DNA of 6,597 nucleotides from a virus: IMG/VR virus record IMGVR_UViG_3300045988_063854, positions 1 to 6,597 of that record; one strand, 5' to 3'. Shown piece by piece: positions 1 to 6,101 of this stretch (position 1 is its first letter; each line of letters starts with the position of its first letter). The notes under the pieces were generated by a model. It saw only the letters and a program-made list of their open reading frames with translations, ran no database searches and was not told where the DNA came from. The position numbers and the translations under genes were made by a program.

Positions 1-99
1 ATTATTGTTATCATAATACCGGTTATATATTATTTTGTTTATCTTTGCACCGTGATTTTTAAATCGCTTTGTTCTTTGACTTATTGTTACAAAAAAAAT
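1..99. repeat. Terminal redundancy copy A (identical to 6499-6597). It marks a circular genome of 6,498 nt.
   Basis: Base-by-base comparison shows 1-99 equals 6499-6597 with no mismatch (offset 6498). This is the typical overlap of an assembled circular contig. Confidence 0.97.
40..47 (+). promoter_or_regulatory. Candidate Bacteroidetes-type -7 promoter box (TATCTTTG, matching TAnnTTTG)
   Basis: Exact match to the TAnnTTTG -7 consensus of Bacteroidetes sigma-A promoters. It lies about 50 nt upstream of the ATG at 100 and downstream of the long non-coding region. No clear -33 TTTG sits at the expected spacing. Confidence 0.3.
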
Positions 100-465
100 A
101 TGACATCACATTTAACACTTGTTCGTATTAAGTTTTCTTCGCCTTTGGATTCTATTCAGGGCGAGTTGTATATTAATGATTTGTTCTTCTGTCACACGAT
201 AGAAAGATTAAGTAAAGCAGTCCCTAAAGGCTGCTATCCTCTCGGTGTCTCTTACTCACCACGATTTAAGACCGCTTTGCCTTATTTGTGTGTTCCTCAT
301 CGCTCGGGTATACGCATTCATGCTGGTAATACTGCTAAGGATTCTAAAGGCTGTATACTTGTTGGTAAGTTAGATGATTGTTTTAGTATTATTAATTCAC
401 GTTTAACTTTGAAATTGCTCCTTTCATCGTTAGACAATTCATTTAAATCAATTATTATTAAGTAG
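100..465 (+). CDS. DUF5675-family protein, a putative cell-wall peptidase (YkuD-like His/Cys motif) and candidate lysin
   Basis: The ORF track gives 52-465, starting at a GTG. I prefer the ATG at 100 (MTSHLTLVRIKF...) for two reasons: it follows an A-rich leader, and the -7 box at 40-47 would place the transcription start near 52. The protein shows the family layout I recognise: G-x-L-x-I-N-D-x-F-C-H-T-I-E, then P-K-G-x-Y-P-L-x-V-S-Y-S-P-R-F, then V-P-H-R-S-G-I-R-I-H-A-G-N-T-A-K-D-S-K-G-C-I-L-V-G. Confidence 0.82.
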   Translation: MTSHLTLVRIKFSSPLDSIQGELYINDLFFCHTIERLSKAVPKGCYPLGVSYSPRFKTALPYLCVPHRSGIRIHAGNTAKDSKGCILVGKLDDCFSIINSRLTLKLLLSSLDNSFKSIIIK

Positions 466-466
466 T

Positions 467-565
467 ATGGAAAAAAAGACTATTTGGAATATTATTTTTA
501 AAGTTGCTATGTATGCACTTGGTTTGCTCACTGGTGTTACTGCCTCAGCAGCCAATTTGCTTTAG
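467..565 (+). CDS. Unannotated 32-aa micro-ORF encoding a single-pass hydrophobic peptide (MEKKTIWNIIFKVAMYALGLLTGVTASAANLL), a possible holin-like or membrane partner
   Basis: The ATG at 467 lies 1 nt after the upstream TAG (463-465), and the stop TAG is at 563-565. A charged N-terminus (EKK) is followed by a hydrophobic stretch of about 22 aa. 17 of 32 codons end in T, like the confirmed genes. The ORF fills the gap before rep almost exactly. It is absent from the ORF track, presumably because it falls below the track's minimum ORF length. Confidence 0.5.
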   Translation: MEKKTIWNIIFKVAMYALGLLTGVTASAANLL

Positions 566-583
566 TTTTTATTTTGGTAGATT

Positions 584-2326
584 ATGTGTCAAAATCTCCC
601 TTTCACTAAGTGTCTTCACCCTGTTAAGGTGAAGACCCTTAAAGGTATACAGCTTGTTAAATGTGGTAAGTGTCCAGCTTGTGAAAATGCATTGCGTTCT
701 GAACTTCGTGCAAAGGTACAATTTGAAGAAAATAATGCACTTTCTTGTTTCTTTATCACTAATACATACTCAGATGTTAATCTACCTTTGTTTTGCTTAC
801 GTAATGATTTGGTTGAGGATTTCGATAAGCAATATGATAAATTAGGTAATACCATAGATGATGAGTTTTATCGTTCTTTAAAGCCTTTACAATATACTGA
901 TATTAATGGCATTAAGCGTACTTATGACGGTTCTTTTTCTCTTGCTTCTCGTAATGTTGGTTTTTTCCCTTTGCTTGAACGCATACAAAAAGACAATTAT
1001 AATAAAAAACTTGATTCTTGGTGTCTTGATTTAGATAATTCTATTTTTTCTCGCTGCATTCTTGGTCGTTCCACCGACCATTACGACGATATGTTAGCTT
1101 CTTATCATTCGCAACTAGAAAGTAATGTTGCTAAGTGTCGTTCTTTAGGTGTTTGTAATAATTCCTTGTCTTGGTATGATTACGTTGATAATAATTACTT
1201 AGGATTAAATCACTCAGATTGTGTTCCTTTGCTTTATTATCCCGATTTGCAGCGTTTTATTAAACGATTAAGAAAGTTAATATCAAAACTATTTCCCGAT
1301 GAAAAGATACGTTATTACGCTATTGGAGAGTACGGAACAAGTTCCTACCGTCCGCATTGGCATATCCTATTGTTCACCAACTCGGTTAATATTACCCGTT
1401 GGTTGCAACAGTCCTTTTACAAAAATGATGTTCTTTCAAAAGAACATCGAACAATTAACAGCTCCACTATTTTGGATTCGTTGTGGCAATATGGTACTAG
1501 TACTATTGATAAGACAGATGGCAAAGCTAGTGGATATATTTCGAACTATGTTGTTGGCACTTCTGTGCTCCCAAAGGTACTTACTAGGGTTGCTCCGCAA
1601 AAAACCTTCCATTCTGTCCGATTTGGTTGCCCGTACTCGAAGAGTGAAGTCCGTGAATTGCTTCTTGGACGAAATTATGAACGGTTCTCAAAAATTGAAT
1701 ATGTCGACTCTACAGACAGCTCTTTGCAATCTCGTCCCTTATGGCGGTCGTATTACTCTCTTTTCTTCCCTCAATTTGTTGGAATTAACTCACTCCCTGA
1801 TTGTGAAAAATATAGAGTACTTACGATATACCCAAAACTAGCTTCTTGGTTTTTTGAAACTAATGTTCGTGAACTCGCACGTAAGATTTATTTACGTTGT
1901 ATTGCCCCTTATCGTAAAGGTAAGGTGCTTTCTGATGTTGATGCACAGATAGCTAAGTTTTTTGATTGGTTTGATTGGTCTGCTGGTACTACTCGTACAC
2001 TTTCTCCACTTCTTGGTGTTCTTTATGCTTCTAAGCGGTTTTTAAATCTCTCTTCTGATTTAGGTTTCACTCCTCGTCAATATTTTGATATATGGCGTGA
2101 TTTTGTACAATGGCGAGATTATAAATGTCTAGTACAACATTATAATGATTGTCGTACTAACGAAATATATCTTAATTGTTATTATAATATTTATTCTGGT
2201 ACTGATGTTTCTATTAATTATTTAAATGATTCTGCTTTATTTAAAACTTTCCGTTATGATGCTTTACGTACAAATCAACGGTTGGTTAAACATAAGGCTT
2301 TTGTTGAACAACTTAAAGGTATTTAA
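584..2326 (+). CDS. VP4: Replication initiation protein, an HUH rolling-circle endonuclease (Microviridae VP4 / phiX174 gpA-like)
   Basis: The 580-aa ORF carries three motifs. Motif I is FFITNTY (aa ~56-62). The HUH motif is RPHWHILLF (H258-W-H260, nt 1355-1363). A double-tyrosine motif, GYISNYVVG, has Y318 and Y322 spaced like phiX174 gpA Y343/Y347. The N-terminus has a Cys/His cluster, CLHP-x14-CGKCPAC. Confidence 0.95.
   Translation: MCQNLPFTKCLHPVKVKTLKGIQLVKCGKCPACENALRSELRAKVQFEENNALSCFFITNTYSDVNLPLFCLRNDLVEDFDKQYDKLGNTIDDEFYRSLKPLQYTDINGIKRTYDGSFSLASRNVGFFPLLERIQKDNYNKKLDSWCLDLDNSIFSRCILGRSTDHYDDMLASYHSQLESNVAKCRSLGVCNNSLSWYDYVDNNYLGLNHSDCVPLLYYPDLQRFIKRLRKLISKLFPDEKIRYYAIGEYGTSSYRPHWHILLFTNSVNITRWLQQSFYKNDVLSKEHRTINSSTILDSLWQYGTSTIDKTDGKASGYISNYVVGTSVLPKVLTRVAPQKTFHSVRFGCPYSKSEVRELLLGRNYERFSKIEYVDSTDSSLQSRPLWRSYYSLFFPQFVGINSLPDCEKYRVLTIYPKLASWFFETNVRELARKIYLRCIAPYRKGKVLSDVDAQIAKFFDWFDWSAGTTRTLSPLLGVLYASKRFLNLSSDLGFTPRQYFDIWRDFVQWRDYKCLVQHYNDCRTNEIYLNCYYNIYSGTDVSINYLNDSALFKTFRYDALRTNQRLVKHKAFVEQLKGI
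891..910 (+). promoter_or_regulatory. Candidate plus-strand origin core. TGATATTAAT (898-907) is identical to the nick-site core of the phiX174 origin.
   Basis: The phiX174 ori is CAACTTG^ATATTAATAACACTATAGACCAC. Here the sequence is AATATACTG^ATATTAATGGC, which shares 10 contiguous nt spanning the G^A nick. It lies about 314 nt into rep; the phiX174 nick lies about 324 nt into gene A. Confidence 0.25.
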
Positions 2327-2328
2327 TT

Positions 2329-4323
2329 ATGTCAAAAGATTCCACTATTATGGGTTTTCATTCTATTAAGAATAAGGCTCATACTAACACATTTAATCTT
2401 GACCGACGCAACTTGTTTACTGCAAAAATCGGTCAATTACTCCCTATTTTCTGTGAAGAAGTTATCCCAGGTGATGAGATTCATATTAATATGCAGCATT
2501 TTTCTCGTTCTATGCCCGTACAAACTGCTGCTTTTACACGTCTCAAAGAAAATATTCAGTTCTTCTTTGTCCCTTATACTTCTCTGTGGTCGTTCTATCG
2601 TGATGCTATGAAGAACGTCCCTACTAATCAAGCTGGTTTGGCTAATACTATGCGCGCTCAGTCTCCTTCTGATTCAACACCTCTTTCTTCTGAGTTGCCT
2701 AGTTTCTCATCTTATGAGATTTATAAGTGGTTCAGATATTTGTCTGAAAAGTTTGCTGATTCTGGTGTTAACAACGTTGGTGGTTCTCATGCCCTCCGTG
2801 TTTCTGAAAGTGCTCGTCTGCTACAGTCTTTAGGCTATGGTAATTTTACTACTATCTCTAAAATTTATCGTGATAATGAGGAAAAGCCTACTACTCTCAT
2901 GCTTGACGGTAAACCTATTTCAGGAGTTGAAGCACCTAATACAGATACTGGCGTTCGTGTTTCTCCTTTCCGTCTTCTTGCTTATCACAAGATAGCTAAT
3001 GATTTTTATCGTTATGCTAAATGGGAAGAGTATTGTGCTCCTGCTTGTAATGTCGATTACCTTCCTCAATCTGCTCCTAAAATGGATTCTTATCTTGGTA
3101 CTGCTGCTTTTGATTCTTGGACTTCTGTAGATAATACTTTGAATTCTTATCTGTTTGATATGGAGTACTCTCGTCTTCCTCTTGATAGATTCAACGGTGG
3201 TTTGCCAAAGGCACAATTTGGTGATGAAAGTGTTGTTAATCTTCAACAGTCTACTTCTAAAGATGTCGCTTTAAGGTTTTCAAGTAGAGGACAAGCGCAA
3301 GGAGGTTATGGCGTTGTCGTAGATACTCAAGACGGTACTAACCCTCCTAATACTCAATACTCATTCACTCGTTCTTCTGATACCCCTCTACCCGTAGATG
3401 AAAAATTTGGTTTTGGTTCTGGTGCTGTTTATACTAACTTTAATTTGGCTGGTTCTAACCCAAATAATGTTGTTGGTTTTGTTGGTACTTTAGATAACCC
3501 TTCCGCTTCTGCTTCTGAATTGTCTATCATTGCTCTTCGTCGTGCTACTGCTTTGCAGCGTTATAAGGAGATTCAGGAGTGTAACGATACTGATTTCTGT
3601 TCTCAGATTGAAGCACATTTTGGTGTTCGTCCTAATTCTCATGGTACTAAGTCTAAGTTCCTTGGTGGTTATAGTTCTGTTTTTGATATTAACCCTCAGA
3701 TTAACCAAAATTTAGCTGGTGGTAATGTTGCTAGCATTCAGGCTGCACCTAGTTCTTCTTCAGGTGGTAAGTGTTCGTTTAAAGTTGCTGATGACTATGG
3801 TATCATTATGGGTATTTATCGCATTACTCCTCAGCTTGATTATGCTGATTGTGGTTTGGATTCACGTAACCTTATGGTTGATGCTTCTGATTACCCTATA
3901 CCGGAATTAGATTCTATTGGTATGGACACATTAAAGGTTAACTCCCTTGTTGTTAAAGATTATCCTATTAATGGTAATAACGACCTTGGAGGTTTGAATA
4001 CTTCCTATGCTTATGCCCCACGTTATCTTGATTTTAAGTTAAGTTTTGACCGCTTTAGCGGTGCTTTCCTTTCTAATCTGAAAACATGGGTTACAGGTCA
4101 ACAGATGGACGTTCTTATGAAAGCAGCGTCTAGTGCTCCCGTTGGAGGTTCTCTCGGTCAGTTTATTTATAAACTGTTATATTGTCCTCCTAAGTTGTGC
4201 GCTAATGTATTTGTCAACAATGCTTTTGACGGCATTGATAACGACCAATTTATGATTGGTTCTTTCATTGGTTGTTCTGTAAAGCGAAAGCTTTCTGTTT
4301 ATGGTCTTCCTTATTCTAATTAA
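2329..4323 (+). CDS. VP1: Major capsid protein (Microviridae VP1 / phiX174 F-like jelly-roll)
   Basis: The 664-aa ORF has an N-terminal signature, FNLDRRNLFTAKIGQLLPIFCEEVIPGDEIHI...FTRLKENIQFFFVPYTSLW. A later block reads SIIALRRATALQRYKEIQ...FGVRPNSHGTKSKFLGG. Both are typical of microvirus capsid proteins. Third codon positions are strongly T-biased. Confidence 0.96.
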   Translation: MSKDSTIMGFHSIKNKAHTNTFNLDRRNLFTAKIGQLLPIFCEEVIPGDEIHINMQHFSRSMPVQTAAFTRLKENIQFFFVPYTSLWSFYRDAMKNVPTNQAGLANTMRAQSPSDSTPLSSELPSFSSYEIYKWFRYLSEKFADSGVNNVGGSHALRVSESARLLQSLGYGNFTTISKIYRDNEEKPTTLMLDGKPISGVEAPNTDTGVRVSPFRLLAYHKIANDFYRYAKWEEYCAPACNVDYLPQSAPKMDSYLGTAAFDSWTSVDNTLNSYLFDMEYSRLPLDRFNGGLPKAQFGDESVVNLQQSTSKDVALRFSSRGQAQGGYGVVVDTQDGTNPPNTQYSFTRSSDTPLPVDEKFGFGSGAVYTNFNLAGSNPNNVVGFVGTLDNPSASASELSIIALRRATALQRYKEIQECNDTDFCSQIEAHFGVRPNSHGTKSKFLGGYSSVFDINPQINQNLAGGNVASIQAAPSSSSGGKCSFKVADDYGIIMGIYRITPQLDYADCGLDSRNLMVDASDYPIPELDSIGMDTLKVNSLVVKDYPINGNNDLGGLNTSYAYAPRYLDFKLSFDRFSGAFLSNLKTWVTGQQMDVLMKAASSAPVGGSLGQFIYKLLYCPPKLCANVFVNNAFDGIDNDQFMIGSFIGCSVKRKLSVYGLPYSN

Positions 4324-4325
4324 TT

Positions 4326-4700
4326 ATGGCAAAGATTGTTTTTGTTCCACCTTTTGGTGAAGATTTGCAGCTCTCTTGTGTTGACGGTTGCTTTGAGGTT
4401 TCCTCAGATATTAATGTTCTGCTTAACCTTAATAAAAAGGCTCAAGATGTTCATACTGCTGAAAATATTTTAGCACGTGTCCGTGAATTACCTTTAAATG
4501 ATGAATCTGTTGATTTGTCTTCTGAGAGTGGTGCACCTTCACGTTTCTTTGATTCTCTTTCTGACCGCTTGGCGGTTGCCAAAGCAGAGTTGAAGCGTCT
4601 TGATGCTGAGCAAGATAAGTATAAGGATTCTGTACATAAACGCGAAGCGTTTGAGCATTTACAGGCTCTTAAGAAAAAGCTTGGTTTAGAAGATTTGTAG
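4326..4700 (+). CDS. Hypothetical acidic 124-aa protein, a possible internal scaffolding (VP3-like) protein
   Basis: The ORF is translationally coupled through a TAATTATG junction with VP1. It is rich in D/E, with a charged helical-looking C-terminus (AVAKAELKRLDAEQDKYKDSVHKREAFEHLQALKKKLG). Codon bias matches its neighbours. I recognise no family signature. Confidence 0.72.
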   Translation: MAKIVFVPPFGEDLQLSCVDGCFEVSSDINVLLNLNKKAQDVHTAENILARVRELPLNDESVDLSSESGAPSRFFDSLSDRLAVAKAELKRLDAEQDKYKDSVHKREAFEHLQALKKKLGLEDL

Positions 4701-4703
4701 CCT

Positions 4704-5885
4704 ATGAATTTTCTCACCCCTATTTTAGGTGCTGGCGCTAGTATTGCGTCGGCACTTATCGGTTCCAATAGTAATAAGGATAAGTCTTTGGCTGGTAGTT
4801 ATCTTATGCCTGACGGTGATTTAGTAGGTTGGAAAGACGGTCGTCTTTATCGTGGACACAATGGTAATTGGCAAGATATGATGGATTCTATTTCTCTTTC
4901 TAAAATACCAAAGTCTGTTTATTGGTCTCTTATGGCTAATCAAGCAAATCAGATGTTTTCAGAAAAGATGTGGAATTTACAAAATGAGTACAATACACCA
5001 TTTAATCAAGCTCAACGTTTAAAGGCTGCTGGTCTTAACCCTTATTTAGCTATGCAAAATGACGGTTCTATTGGTATGGCTGAGGGTGCTTCTACACCTT
5101 CCGGTTCTGCCGATATGTCTTCCGGTTCTGTTGATGCTTCTTTGGCTGCTTCCCGTAGTCAGTTAATCGGCTCTATGGGCAATACTTTGCAGTCTGCTTT
5201 TGCTAATATTAATCAGCAAAAAATTGCTTCCGCTCAAGCTGATAAATTGCAGTCGGAAACAGATTATCAGAATATTGTGAATAAATTTGCTATTACTGAT
5301 ATGATTACTAAGTTGCAGCAACGTATGGCTGAAACTCATGATACACAAGCTAGGCAACGTTATCAAGATATTATTAACTACATTACCGATTCTTCTAAAG
5401 AGTACCTCGTTGAGAAAAATCATTCTGATGCAGTTAATTCTCTTAATACTACTTTGCTTCAAGAAGATGAGCACAATTTGAACGCTGCTCGTTTGCGTTC
5501 GCAAAAGCTTGAGGGTGATTTACTTGCAACTAATCTTGCTTGGCTTCCTAAAGAAAAGGCAGCTGGTATTGCACAAGCTTATGCACAAGCTTATGCATCT
5601 ACTGCTTCGGCTAAAGCTTCTGAACAAGCTGCTTTGAATTATGCTGCTGATACCTATGGTAAACAGTTTGACAATAAAATGCGTGATGAGTTACGTACTG
5701 TTATTAAGAAGTCTGAACAGTCACGTTATAATTCTCAGAGTACTTCTCTTGATGTTCTTAAAGAACAGCTTAAAGAAGCTAAAAAGAATAATAATACCTA
5801 TGAAATACGCCTTATTGGTGATTTGATAGGAAAAATCACTGGAGGTTTTCAGAATTACGCTGTTGGTAAGCACATGCTTAAATAG
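4704..5885 (+). CDS. VP2: Minor capsid / DNA pilot protein (Microviridae VP2, functional analogue of phiX174 H)
   Basis: The 393-aa ORF starts with a Gly/Ala/Ser-rich hydrophobic N-terminus (MNFLTPILGAGASIASALIGSN). It contains the conserved VP2 block MWNLQNEYNTPFNQAQRLKAAGLNPYLAM. A long helical Q/A/K/E-rich region follows. Confidence 0.9.
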   Translation: MNFLTPILGAGASIASALIGSNSNKDKSLAGSYLMPDGDLVGWKDGRLYRGHNGNWQDMMDSISLSKIPKSVYWSLMANQANQMFSEKMWNLQNEYNTPFNQAQRLKAAGLNPYLAMQNDGSIGMAEGASTPSGSADMSSGSVDASLAASRSQLIGSMGNTLQSAFANINQQKIASAQADKLQSETDYQNIVNKFAITDMITKLQQRMAETHDTQARQRYQDIINYITDSSKEYLVEKNHSDAVNSLNTTLLQEDEHNLNAARLRSQKLEGDLLATNLAWLPKEKAAGIAQAYAQAYASTASAKASEQAALNYAADTYGKQFDNKMRDELRTVIKKSEQSRYNSQSTSLDVLKEQLKEAKKNNNTYEIRLIGDLIGKITGGFQNYAVGKHMLK

Positions 5886-5910
5886 TTGTCGTATCTTTTC
5901 TATATCATTT

Positions 5911-5945
5911 GCCGTTGGTCTACTATTGTAGGCTGACGGCTTTTT
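5911..5945 (+). terminator. Rho-independent terminator closing the gene block
   Basis: A 13-bp stem pairs 5911-5923 with 5928-5940 (10 Watson-Crick pairs plus 3 G-U). The loop is the tetraloop TATT, and TTTTT follows at 5941-5945. The hairpin starts 26 nt after the VP2 stop. Confidence 0.7.
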
Positions 5946-5973
5946 GCATTTATGCTATTGCTAATTTACTTAT

Positions 5974-6024
5974 CTAGATTCAGTATTTTATTTATTTATT
6001 TTATTTATTTATTACTGATTCTAG
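5974..6024. repeat. AT-rich inverted repeat enclosing a 13-nt tandem repeat
   Basis: The arms CTAGATTCAGTA (5974-5985) and TACTGATTCTAG (6013-6024) pair over 12 positions with one T-T mismatch. The loop holds ATTTTATTTATTT twice (5985-5997 and 5998-6010) plus a partial third copy. Confidence 0.8.
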
Positions 6025-6101
6025 ATTTAAATTTAGCTATTTAATCATGCAGCTATTTAGCACTTCTTTAGTGCGCTGCCTTCCCCTCTTGTTTAATATT
6101 G

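Noticed and set aside
52-99. GTG at 52 as the start of the first gene (137-aa version from the ORF track)
   Set aside because: The extra 16 residues (MIFKSLCSLTYCYKKN) lie outside the recognisable DUF5675 domain, which begins right at MTSHLTLVR. A TAnnTTTG -7 box at 40-47 would put the transcription start at about 52. The ATG at 100 follows an A-rich leader typical of the other starts. I cannot exclude the longer form.
1-99. The terminal direct repeat as a biological LTR, DTR or transposon end
   Set aside because: The identity is exact and the repeat cuts arbitrarily through a promoter and leader, ending one base short of the ATG at 100. The gene content is that of a circular ssDNA phage. 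It is best explained as an assembly overlap of a circular genome.
1299-1841. 180-aa ORF nested in rep, plus five other + strand nested ORFs (654-845, 2399-2611, 3530-3715, 3719-3910, 5641-5826), as possible phiX-style overlapping genes
   Set aside because: All six are in the same +1 frame relative to the host gene; the coordinate difference modulo 3 is 1 in every case. In that frame a stop codon needs A or G at the host gene's third codon position, and that position is overwhelmingly T here. Long open frames are therefore expected from composition alone. Their products are low-complexity and Leu/Val/Ile-rich, with no motifs. Conservation and dN/dS analysis would be needed to revive the 180-aa one.
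616-5504. Minus-strand ORFs (616-855, 2437-2631, 2920-3246, 3490-3708, 4451-4768, 5163-5504)
   Set aside because: Each is fully embedded antisense to a confident gene. They encode Arg/Ser/Ile-rich low-complexity sequence mirroring the T-rich sense codons. Microviridae are transcribed from one strand only.
6094-6101. TAATATTG as a CRESS/geminivirus-like nonanucleotide origin (TAATATTAC) or as a second -7 promoter box
   Set aside because: It lies outside the adjacent 9-bp stem rather than in its loop. It differs from both consensus sequences. Microvirus gpA-type Reps are not known to use stem-loop nonanucleotide origins.
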